64,000 nt of DNA, taken from the NCBI GenBank assembly GCA_048569615.1, contig JBLIRK010000005.1, forward strand, positions 2,036 to 66,035, written 5' to 3'. Positions 53,601 to 61,593 of this stretch are shown in pieces. The DNA comes from Thermoplasmatota archaeon (GTDB taxonomy: Archaea; Thermoplasmatota; Penumbrarchaeia; Penumbrarchaeales; Penumbrarchaeaceae). Both the position numbers and the translations under genes were made by a program. Under the pieces are notes generated by a model that saw only the letters and a program-made list of their open reading frames with translations, was not told the DNA's origin and ran no database searches. Each line of letters opens with the position of its first letter. Position 1 is the stretch's first letter.

Positions 53601-54086
53601 CATTTCTAGGTCGTCGTCATCGACGGCCATCAACTTGATGCCGACCGACGATCCCCCTTCCAATTCAGTCCCGATTCCATCGAGGAGGATCAGCGAGCAG
53701 AATGAGTCCACACCCTCGATATCCCCTATTCCTGCCCTTTCCATGAGGGCCTCCGGGACGTACCCCGGGGCCGAGATCATGATGTCAACGCCGGACAGGT
53801 TTGCAGCGGTGTTCTCCTCCACCATCTTCAGAAGGCCGTCGCCGACCGAGAGGGATGCAAGGAATATGCCTACCAGAAGAGCAACAGGAAGCCCCCTGGC
53901 TATACCGGGGCCGAGAGACCGCATTGCGAATTTCATGCCAACGCCCGAAGCCGCTCTGCCCTGCCTTGTCAGCGATCCCGCGATCGCCATAATGAAAAGA
54001 AGGAATACCGCGGCGGAAATCGTAAGGATCGGTATCCAGCCCGGCACCAACTCCATGTTTTTCAATCGGCAAGCGGATATATCCAA
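50679..54086 (-). CDS. Double-module FtsX/MacB-family ABC-type permease (1135 aa) with two large extracytoplasmic domains; no ATPase gene adjacent
   Basis: Two FtsX-like 3-TM bundles are each preceded by a conserved amphipathic segment, (I)LRSIGAGRRGLFQAALVES.. and (L)LRTIGAPKGRSVMYFLLENL... An N-terminal TM is followed by a roughly 450-aa extracellular region. Confidence 0.75.
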   Translation of the reverse strand: MDISACRLKNMELVPGWIPILTISAAVFLLFIMAIAGSLTRQGRAASGVGMKFAMRSLGPGIARGLPVALLVGIFLASLSVGDGLLKMVEENTAANLSGVDIMISAPGYVPEALMERAGIGDIEGVDSFCSLILLDGIGTELEGGSSVGIKLMAVDDDDLEMLGAVEAESSDNLGAPPRYGCYVNRELSKKLEEGSGGGIRISVPSFSTREESLLGFDRSDRITLNLTVEAVIENRGIGRFRTDSLAKVEPILVVDIGLVQERLGIVGKVNTVLIDTVSDGGSGKIMDSIMSLLDDAVGLDEAGFRVVGSLSSGGSFIYSDGLFFDETDLTEEGNEGLSLSYFVDSLASGNGELSYSVVSGVRPGLMEELEMIGPQGSGPLPGTGEIAVNNWTAERMGLSIGDDIVVSYRKVTLLGELREEERTFRVAAVYNMTGIGMEPGFLPPIEGVTDAPSCNEWDPSFDLDLDSLGEADLEYWDIYRTTPKCFVSLEDAREMWAGSYGDSNALLVRGEDVQGELDNIGDGLDHSSMGISLVPVRERALESSRAMLIFPGMFLSFGTVMIAGALLTLYAVIKDMAARRSHEWGILRSIGAGRRGLFQAALVESAWSIVAGSLIGLPVGFVFSFVLNAGLSSAWSDSVENSSVPFSVSAGTVLISISIGVISSMVLSLIAVWRETGSVPAVNLREEDISVGSPTMRGRLLHFGASGASIIIGIALLVSGSGSDDIYAKGLLFTLGSIVFSAGTALLIYLIASRVSRRSDLLLIVSANITRRPRKHPLTISILAMALTISLSLTVIGAMLEADAEDGIGDYGGGFDYVVELPVPFRGELRSGAMDVESLLSVGSEGGTCSNVNAVYPPRLLGVREGFSNVSGFGLMERRKGMGSDKEAWEMLHSKIDGRIPILVDQNTLAWIYYEKLGSEFKLDTENGERVTLVVVGVLESSVFTGSFVLSSTFLKDLFPSTAAPDYFLVRANGGGKEAVEGIFEDFSPLITPVRDLALENARYELSYLYLFRDFLLLGVILSLASAVVFTHARAVDMRKEISLLRTIGAPKGRSVMYFLLENLAVFMIALLGAIAGSAAGALVFFTMSDSAFLTPDMAAPIILIPGGFLLASLVIGIASSMWAVKGYDAVFRR

Positions 54087-54254
54087 TTTGGGGAAATGGC
54101 GGTAAGCAGGATGTATTATTCAGTAATCATGAACTGCTGGCCATTGAAAGCACCCCTTTCCAAGAGATTCAACGAAGAGTGTAGGAACTCTTGAAAATCG
54201 TTATATATAAGTGATGATTACAACGGCAATCCGCCCCTGAGCCTTTCGCCGGAA
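54087..54254. promoter_or_regulatory. Divergent intergenic/promoter region between the permease cluster (-) and the acd-etfBA operon (+)
   Basis: 168-nt non-coding gap with TATA-like TTATATATAAG about 40-60 nt upstream of the + strand start. Confidence 0.3.
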
Positions 54255-54293
54255 GTGAAATGTTCATTTTGGGGTGAAGAGAGCCGTGGGACC

Positions 54294-55952
54294 ATGACGG
54301 GATTCGAAAGGGAGACAAGGGAACTGATCCTTGAGAGCATCAGGGAATATGCCAGGAGGAACCTCTCGGAGGAGAGGCTCCTCGAGGTGGACGAGAACGG
54401 CCTGTTCCCGGCCGAGGACCTGAGAAAGATGTACGAGCACGACGAGCTCGGCATACACCTGCTCCTGATACCAAGGGAGTACGGAGGTCTGGGAGCTTCA
54501 AATTACGATGCTTACAGGGTCTGCGAGTTCCTGGCAAGGATAGACCTCGGTATAGCCACCGGCATATTCGCCACCTTCCTGGGCCTCGATCCCATCAGGG
54601 TCGGAGGCACACCGGAGCAGAAGGAGAAATGGATGAGGATGGTGGCGGACCGGAACCTCCTTGTGGCCTATGCCGCCACCGAGGCCGAGGCAGGCTCGGA
54701 CCTGGGGGCCCTGAAAACCAAAGCGGTCAGGGTGGTTGAGGACGGCAAGCTTGCAGGCTACCGGATCAGCGGATCGAAGCAGTGGATATCCAACGGCGGG
54801 ATAGCCGATATCTATCTTGTCCTCGCCCTGGTGGAGAACGGCGTCAGCTGGTTCATAGTCCCAGGCGATGCCGAAGGCTTGATAAAGGGCTCCCCCGAGG
54901 ACAAGCACGGGATCAGGGCCGCCGACACCGTTGCCTTCACCATGGACGATGTCTTCGTCCCCGCGGAGAACCTTGTAGGGGAAGTTGAAGGCCTCGGCCT
55001 GTCACAGGCCCAGGCCGTATTCGGATATACCAGACTGATGGTCGCGGCCTTCGGACTTGGAGCGGGATCGGAGGCCCTTGAAAGGGCTGTGAGATATTCC
55101 CAGGACAGGGTGCAGGCCGGAAGCCCGCTGTGCGACAAGCAGGGCTACACCCACAAGCTTATAGTACCCCATGCAGTGAAACTTGCAGCCGCAAGGGCCT
55201 ACATCGAGCATGTGGCCCACCTGCTGGACGAGGGGAGCGAGGACCTCCAGACTGAAGGGGCGATTGCGAAGTATTTCTCCACCAATGCTGGAAATGGAGC
55301 GGCCGAGGACGCCATTCAGGCCCTCGGCGGTTACGGCTACGTCAGGGAATACATGGTGGAGAAGATAAAGCGGGACGTCAAGATAACCCAGATATACGAG
55401 GGGACCAACGAGATAATGGAGATGACCATTGCCAGGAACCGGTGGCAGGACCATCTCAAGAGCAGGTCCACGTATTATCACGACCTGTCCAGGGAGATGC
55501 GGGACCTGCATGAGAAGTCCCCGTCCGTCGGGGCCTCCCAGATGGCCCAGGCCCTGGACGCCTTGAACGTAATATTCGAGAGGTGCAAGAGGCAGAAGCT
55601 CACGAGGAACCAGCATACGCTGTTCAAGCTGGGCGAGCTCTCCGCAGAAGCCGAGGTTTCGATGATATTCTGCAGAACAGCGGCTCTTGACCGATACAGT
55701 GAGGCCTTCCCGTACGACAGAGAGATGATGAGGGCCATGTCGAGGATACAGGCAAGATGGGCGGCCCACAGGATCGTCCACGAGGGCATCGAGCTCGTTC
55801 TCGGCGGGGGGAGCGGCGATGTCTCCTCGATGCTTGAGGAGACCGGACTCGAATCCATTATCTCGGCCCAGAGGGGCCTCCTCCAGGACATGGACCTTGT
55901 CGCTACCATGATCAAGGATGTGTACAGGTCCAGGGCAGGTGGTGCCAAATGA
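54294..55952 (+). CDS. Acyl-CoA dehydrogenase (long form with C-terminal extension); the ORF could start at 54255
   Basis: ACAD N-terminal helical, middle beta and C-terminal helical blocks. YAATEAEAGSDLGALKT, GSKQWISNGG and QALGGYGYVREYMVEKIKRDVKITQIYEGTNEI (ACAD C-terminal signature). ATGA overlap with etfB. Confidence 0.85.
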   Translation: MTGFERETRELILESIREYARRNLSEERLLEVDENGLFPAEDLRKMYEHDELGIHLLLIPREYGGLGASNYDAYRVCEFLARIDLGIATGIFATFLGLDPIRVGGTPEQKEKWMRMVADRNLLVAYAATEAEAGSDLGALKTKAVRVVEDGKLAGYRISGSKQWISNGGIADIYLVLALVENGVSWFIVPGDAEGLIKGSPEDKHGIRAADTVAFTMDDVFVPAENLVGEVEGLGLSQAQAVFGYTRLMVAAFGLGAGSEALERAVRYSQDRVQAGSPLCDKQGYTHKLIVPHAVKLAAARAYIEHVAHLLDEGSEDLQTEGAIAKYFSTNAGNGAAEDAIQALGGYGYVREYMVEKIKRDVKITQIYEGTNEIMEMTIARNRWQDHLKSRSTYYHDLSREMRDLHEKSPSVGASQMAQALDALNVIFERCKRQKLTRNQHTLFKLGELSAEAEVSMIFCRTAALDRYSEAFPYDREMMRAMSRIQARWAAHRIVHEGIELVLGGGSGDVSSMLEETGLESIISAQRGLLQDMDLVATMIKDVYRSRAGGAK

Positions 55953-56749
55953 GGTTCCTGGTGCTCGTTAAACAGGTGCCTGACACAACCGAGGTGAGGA
56001 TAGATCCCAAGACCAATACCCTGATCAGGGAGGGCGTTGAGAGCATAATGAATCCCTACGACCAGTTCGCGCTCGAGGAAGCTCTAAGGCTCAAGGCCTC
56101 CAGGGAGGATGTCAGGGTCACGGTTCTTTCAATGGGCCCGCCCCAGGCAAGAAGGGTGCTCCTGAAGGCCCTTGCCCTGGGAGCGGACGATGCCGTGCTC
56201 CTTTCCGACAGGGCATTTGCGGGCTCTGACACCTGGGCTACATCCGTGGCCATTTCCAAGGCTATTAGGAAGATGGGAAAGGCGGATGTTGTATTCTGCG
56301 GGCTCCAGGCCATAGACGGGGACACCGCCCAGGTGGGACCAGAAACTGCCCAGCTGCTCGGGATTCCCCAGATAACATACGCGGAATCCGTCGAGGTCGA
56401 AAGCGGGAGCATCAGGGCAAGACAGCAGACGGAAGAGGGAGTAAGGATCTTGAAATGCATGATGCCGGTTCTCGTCACTTGCGTTCCTCCTCCTTCCTTT
56501 ATGCCCAGGATCGCTCCCTTGAAGGGCATCGTCGAGGCCGGTGATAAGCCCTACGAGGTCTGGGACATAAGACACATTGAAGGAGATCCGGCCGAGGTCG
56601 GTTTAAAGGGCTCCCCCACCCAGGTGAAAAGGACCTATTCCCCACCCGCCAGAGGTGGTGTCATGATTGTCGAAGGCTCTCCCAGGGAAGCGGCAGCCAG
56701 ACTTGCAGGCATCCTTTTCGATCGCAAGCTCATAGGGGAGGTGAGGTAG
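55949..56749 (+). CDS. etfB: Electron transfer flavoprotein beta subunit
   Basis: MRFLVLVKQVPDTTEVRIDPKTNTLIREGV...NPYD is the canonical EtfB N-terminus. Confidence 0.9.
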   Translation: MRFLVLVKQVPDTTEVRIDPKTNTLIREGVESIMNPYDQFALEEALRLKASREDVRVTVLSMGPPQARRVLLKALALGADDAVLLSDRAFAGSDTWATSVAISKAIRKMGKADVVFCGLQAIDGDTAQVGPETAQLLGIPQITYAESVEVESGSIRARQQTEEGVRILKCMMPVLVTCVPPPSFMPRIAPLKGIVEAGDKPYEVWDIRHIEGDPAEVGLKGSPTQVKRTYSPPARGGVMIVEGSPREAAARLAGILFDRKLIGEVR

Positions 56750-57940
56750 ATGGGGATCAGGATTGACGATGACAGGTGCGTGGGATGCCGGGTCTGCGTT
56801 CCGACATGCCCCTTTTCAGCGATAGGCATGGAGGACGGCAAGGCCGTGATCGGTCCCGAATGCACCATATGCGGGACCTGCGTGGACCACTGCAAGTTCG
56901 GCGCCATTATACTAGACGAGAAACCTGAGGTAAAGGCGGACCTGTCCGGCCACAGCGGGGTATGGGTCTTCTGCGAGGTGAGGGGAGCGAGATTGATGTC
57001 ATCCGCACTGGAGCTGCTGACAAGGGCCAGGAAGATAGCCGGTGAGCTTGACCAGAAGGTCAGCGCGGTTCTTATGGGGAATGGTGTCTCGAAGCACATC
57101 TCCACACTATCCGCCTACGGTGCCGAGAAAATTTACATCGCGGATTCCGTCCATATCGAGGAATATCTCACCGAGAAATATGGCCCAATCGTATCGAGGC
57201 TGATAAGCGAGTATCATCCATCGATCGTGATCTTCCCGGCATCCAGTACGGGAAGGGACCTGGCCCCTAGGGTCGCGGCCTCCATCGGTACGGGGCTCAC
57301 GGCCGACTGTACGGACCTATTGGTATCGGACGGCATGCTGGTCCAGTCCAGGCCCGCGTTCGGCGGTAACATAATGGCGGATATTCTCGCCCCCGAGCAC
57401 AGGCCGCAGATGGCCACCGTGCGCCCCAACGTCTTCAGGGCGGAGGAGCTTAAGGATGGAGGCAGGCAGCCCGAGGTCGTCAATGTCCCGGTGGATATAA
57501 GGGAGGATGATGTAAAGGTGAAGATCCTCGATATCATAAGGACCTCTGCATCCGCGGGAAAAGGTATCGAGGAGGCGGACATAGTCATTTCCGGCGGCGG
57601 GGCCATGGGTTCCGCCGAGAATTTCAGGATCCTCGAGGAGTTCGCGGAACAGGTGGGCGGGGCAGTCGGAGCATCCAGGGCCGCCGTGGATGCTGGATGG
57701 AGGCCGCGGTCGGACCAGGTGGGCCAGACCGGGAAGACGATATCACCCAGGCTGTACATCGCCTGCGGCATCTCCGGAAAGGTCCAGCACCAGGTGGGAA
57801 TGAAGGGCTCCAAGGTCATCGTGGCCGTGAACAAGGACCCCACCGCGCCGATATTCAGGATAGCGGATTACGGGATAGTCGGCGATCTGTTCCAGGTAGT
57901 TCCGGCACTCACTGAAGAGGTCAGAAGGCTCCTGAAATGA
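56750..57940 (+). CDS. etfA: Electron transfer flavoprotein alpha subunit with an N-terminal 2x[4Fe-4S] ferredoxin domain
   Basis: CVGCRVCVPTCP and CTICGTCVDHCKFG ferredoxin motifs, then the EtfA core (IVAVNKDPTAPIF..ADYGIVGDLF FAD-binding C-terminus). Confidence 0.9.
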   Translation: MGIRIDDDRCVGCRVCVPTCPFSAIGMEDGKAVIGPECTICGTCVDHCKFGAIILDEKPEVKADLSGHSGVWVFCEVRGARLMSSALELLTRARKIAGELDQKVSAVLMGNGVSKHISTLSAYGAEKIYIADSVHIEEYLTEKYGPIVSRLISEYHPSIVIFPASSTGRDLAPRVAASIGTGLTADCTDLLVSDGMLVQSRPAFGGNIMADILAPEHRPQMATVRPNVFRAEELKDGGRQPEVVNVPVDIREDDVKVKILDIIRTSASAGKGIEEADIVISGGGAMGSAENFRILEEFAEQVGGAVGASRAAVDAGWRPRSDQVGQTGKTISPRLYIACGISGKVQHQVGMKGSKVIVAVNKDPTAPIFRIADYGIVGDLFQVVPALTEEVRRLLK

Positions 57941-57951
57941 GAAGGTTCCCC

Positions 57952-60900
57952 TCAGGATGATCTCGCCCTCTTCCTGGCGAATAGGAAATAGATGGAGGAG
58001 GCTGCCAGGAAGGATGCTACCAGAAATATCAGTATCCAGACGAACAAAGGTATTCCTCCGTCATCTTCCTTCCAGTCCGGGTGGGAGGATGACCTCTTAG
58101 GATCCGTGCTGTCGTCGTTTCCCGGATCCCTGTCCATTCCCAGGTATTCCTCGTAGTTCGTGTAGCCGTCCCCGTCCGGATCTTGGTCAGAATCGAAGGT
58201 GAAGGGGTCGAACCCTTGCCCGTATTCCCAGAGATCGGGGATCCCGTCCCGGTCCGAATCCGTGTAGGCAGTGATGAAATTGATCTCCTTCTCTATCTCC
58301 GCAATGTTCCCTGCCGCATCCACGACACTGAACATCAACCTCCATATTCCGGGCCTTGCATCATTGGTGTCCAGGGAGATATCGAAGGAGCCTGTACCCG
58401 GATCTTGCGCCTGCCACGAATCTCCGTTCGATACTACGGAGAGTCCGTCGATCTCGTGGTCGTCCTCGACCTCGATACGGATGGAGAGCTTTTCACCGAT
58501 CAACGAAAACTCAGGCAGGTCGGTGAAGATGATGACGGGTGGCGATACATCGACGAAGATGCTCCATGCCACAGTGGTCCGATGACCCACGATATCCGTT
58601 ATTACTGCCTCGACCATGTTCTCACCCTCTCCGAGGTCCTCCGCGGGCGAGATGGTCATCTCAAAGAGGTCCACGTCAAGGTACCTTGTGGCATCCATCT
58701 CTACCTCCCCGTTAAATGTGATGCCTATGGAGGAGATCCCCGTGTCATCCGTGACCTGGAATACAAGGTCCAACAGGCTCTCCCTGTTGACCGCCAAATC
58801 CGTTGGAGCGCCTTTGAGATCGACATCCGGGTATGTCCCATCAAGATAGACCTCCACTGTCCCCCTTCCGAGGTTGTCACCGCGGTCGACGGCACTGACC
58901 GCGACATCGACATATCCCGTTCCCACCGAGCTGAAATTGGTACCGAGGCTGAAGGAGAAGCTCAGGTCCTCCAGTATCGTATCAGTGATATCGATGGAGG
59001 CCGAACCGTCTATGGAGACCAGGAGCTTTTCGATGCCTGATGGATCGTAGAGCTTTCCGGAGAGGTCTATGTTTTCTCCCTTCCTGTGGAAGCTTCCTCC
59101 TTGGGGCGATGTGATCCTGATGATCGGAGGATCCGCGTCGGTGACCTCGAAGTCCGCCCTTCTCCCGGCCGTATTTCCGGATGGATCCTCCGCAAATACT
59201 GTCAGATAATGGTCTCCCAGGTCGAGCTTGATCGTGGGTGTCGAGAGCGACCAGTCCCTGAGGTTCTCGCCAAGCTCCACTTCCGACATGTCCCCCGAAC
59301 CATCAACCGTGAAGTACATTCTCGACACCATGTGATCGTCGAAGACGGTTCCGGAGATCTCCAGCGGCTCTCCCTGCCTGGCCTTGTGCTCCGCTCCCTG
59401 GATCGAGATGCCGGGGGAGCTGTTGTCGTATACGTTAACCCGGGTCTTTACCTGGTACAGTACACCTGAGATGTTGACCCTCGCCCAGATGTTCATGGAC
59501 CCAGGTTCCACATCATCAAAGATATGGTGGAAATCCCAAGTGAAGTGGCTTGAGCCTGTGTAGTAGATATTATCCCTCATCTCCCATTCGCCGGTGTCCC
59601 CAATCCTTACCTCAACCTCCGGCTGATCATCCCTGGAATACAGCCTGCCGTTTATGATATAGCTGGATCCCAGCTCCAGTCCCTCATCCTCCGCCGGCCC
59701 GTCGATGGTGAGCCCGTTCTCGCCTATCAGGGTGACGGTAACATTGACGAGCTTTGATGTCCATTGGGAGAACTCGTTGCTGAGGATTATCCTCCAATTT
59801 GTGCCTCCGTAGAGGTAAGTCTCCAATTCGGATCCCTGGGACCTTTCCTGCAGATGAAAGCACTGGAACGGCGTCCCTGCCTGGTATGCGTTGAAGTTGA
59901 GCTCGTCGGTAATGAAGAGGTCCAGGTTCCCCGAGGTATTCCAGAGGTCGAAGCGCCCCGAGGCCACCGGGCTGCTGCCTCTGACGATGTTGTTACCCAC
60001 CTCGAAGCTGAGCCTCATCTTCACAGAGCCCGAGGCAGGCTCGATACCGCCCTGGTCGATGTATCTGGGGCTGTCGGCTTCCATCGGGAGCCGGAACCTC
60101 ACCTCGTATGTCCTCCCGGCCTCGCTGCCCATGACGATCTCCCTCGGGGGCAGTATTCCGGCAGGATCGCTCCCCAGGTCGCCGGAAGATGCCTTTCCCC
60201 AATAGTTCCTTCCGTCCCCGACCTCGATGACGAGCTTTCCGAGGTGGTCCGTTGATCCCCTTATTGTTGTTGTCTTGATATCCGGATTGTAGAAGTTCTC
60301 GGTCTGTATCTCGACGGTCGCGCCGTCAACCGGGAGCCCCGCCGAATCCACGACGGTGATGTCAAGGACGCAGATGTCGGAATATCTCGAAGTGACGGAC
60401 CATGTGTAGCCGTCCCCCCTGCAGTTCCAGACCGATGAGATGGTCTTCCCCCACCCTTTCTCGTACATCCTCGGATTGTTTATGGTACCGTCCCAGTGGT
60501 ACCACTGCAGGTCCCAGAACTCGTTCCATACGTGGTCCTCCGCGGAATTCGATGTGGCAACGACAGGGATCAGAGCGGCCCTTGCGGCAGCGCTCCTCAT
60601 GTCCTGGTACTCTCCGCATCTTCCGATCCCTTTTTCATAGATCCTTACCGGCTGGACTGGCCGCTCCTGGTCCGATGTGAACTGCATGGAATTCGATATC
60701 CATCCGTTAATTGCCTTGATTGCACTCAGCGTTGTGTTCTTTCCTTCAAGGGATTCGCTCAGGAGGGGCTGTCCGGTCTTGTTGTGGACGAAGAACCATT
60801 CTCTCCAGTATTTTCCCCCCGGAGGCGGAACTCCGTAGTTCCTGTCGAAGGGCGGGTCGCTGGTGTAATCGTATTCGGGGTCCACGTACGTCGGCAGCTC

Positions 60901-61518
60901 GTCCCCGAGCTTGGGATGCACAACGAACCAGTAGTAATCGTCCCTGTCCAGCTCCACCTCGCTCCCGTCCTCCTGGAGATAAGCAAGGGTAGTGTGGTCA
61001 TCTTTTTCCACTATGCGGACGTAATCCAGAAGAGCGTCGTGCTCGTAGATGAGGCGGGCATTGTCCGTGAGCAGCTGGGGGAAGAAGTACTGGTCCCTCA
61101 GGGTCTCCGGAGTGGAGTGGGCTATGCAGAAGGCGATCTCGTCCCTGTATCTCTCGTCGGGAGCGTTGATTATGAGGTTCGCAAAGGCGGTCTGGTCATC
61201 GCCGGGGAGCAGACGGAACTTGTGGGTCAGGTTCAGCCTGAGCCAATCCGCGACGAGGTCCAGGGCATTTTCGGCGGCCCGTGAGAGTGGGGGTTGGGAT
61301 TCTGGTTGCACCGTGAGCGTGTTGGGATCAACGGCCAGGAAGATATCGTCTCCCGGCCCCACAAGGGCTTCCATGTTGAATCTTGTGAGCTCCACCTCTG
61401 AGATGTCGGAAGTTCCCGCATCCTCCCCGGATGCGGTGATCTCACTTTCATGATGCAGGACGAACCCGGCCCCGATCAATGAAAGTAACGCAATGATCAC
61501 AATGTACCTGCTCCCCAT
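57952..61518 (-). CDS. Secreted transglutaminase-like (Cys-His-Asp) superfamily protein (1188 aa) with Ig-like domains, an Asp-rich Ca-binding-like stalk and a C-terminal TM anchor
   Basis: Signal peptide MGSRYIVIIALLSLIGAGFVL. TGase-like core GIGRCGEYQ (Cys301) ... DHVWNEFW (His329) ... D. C-terminal DSDRDGIPDLWEY...DSDQDPDGDGYTNYEEYLG, then IPLFVWILIFLVASFLAASSIYFLFA and RKRARSS. Confidence 0.7.
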   Translation of the reverse strand: MGSRYIVIIALLSLIGAGFVLHHESEITASGEDAGTSDISEVELTRFNMEALVGPGDDIFLAVDPNTLTVQPESQPPLSRAAENALDLVADWLRLNLTHKFRLLPGDDQTAFANLIINAPDERYRDEIAFCIAHSTPETLRDQYFFPQLLTDNARLIYEHDALLDYVRIVEKDDHTTLAYLQEDGSEVELDRDDYYWFVVHPKLGDELPTYVDPEYDYTSDPPFDRNYGVPPPGGKYWREWFFVHNKTGQPLLSESLEGKNTTLSAIKAINGWISNSMQFTSDQERPVQPVRIYEKGIGRCGEYQDMRSAAARAALIPVVATSNSAEDHVWNEFWDLQWYHWDGTINNPRMYEKGWGKTISSVWNCRGDGYTWSVTSRYSDICVLDITVVDSAGLPVDGATVEIQTENFYNPDIKTTTIRGSTDHLGKLVIEVGDGRNYWGKASSGDLGSDPAGILPPREIVMGSEAGRTYEVRFRLPMEADSPRYIDQGGIEPASGSVKMRLSFEVGNNIVRGSSPVASGRFDLWNTSGNLDLFITDELNFNAYQAGTPFQCFHLQERSQGSELETYLYGGTNWRIILSNEFSQWTSKLVNVTVTLIGENGLTIDGPAEDEGLELGSSYIINGRLYSRDDQPEVEVRIGDTGEWEMRDNIYYTGSSHFTWDFHHIFDDVEPGSMNIWARVNISGVLYQVKTRVNVYDNSSPGISIQGAEHKARQGEPLEISGTVFDDHMVSRMYFTVDGSGDMSEVELGENLRDWSLSTPTIKLDLGDHYLTVFAEDPSGNTAGRRADFEVTDADPPIIRITSPQGGSFHRKGENIDLSGKLYDPSGIEKLLVSIDGSASIDITDTILEDLSFSFSLGTNFSSVGTGYVDVAVSAVDRGDNLGRGTVEVYLDGTYPDVDLKGAPTDLAVNRESLLDLVFQVTDDTGISSIGITFNGEVEMDATRYLDVDLFEMTISPAEDLGEGENMVEAVITDIVGHRTTVAWSIFVDVSPPVIIFTDLPEFSLIGEKLSIRIEVEDDHEIDGLSVVSNGDSWQAQDPGTGSFDISLDTNDARPGIWRLMFSVVDAAGNIAEIEKEINFITAYTDSDRDGIPDLWEYGQGFDPFTFDSDQDPDGDGYTNYEEYLGMDRDPGNDDSTDPKRSSSHPDWKEDDGGIPLFVWILIFLVASFLAASSIYFLFARKRARSS

Positions 61519-61593
61519 ATTAACAGCTCCGAAACCAACCTGAGTCCAATATCTTGGTGTATTATTAATCGTTTTAGGTAACGCCCAGTATGG

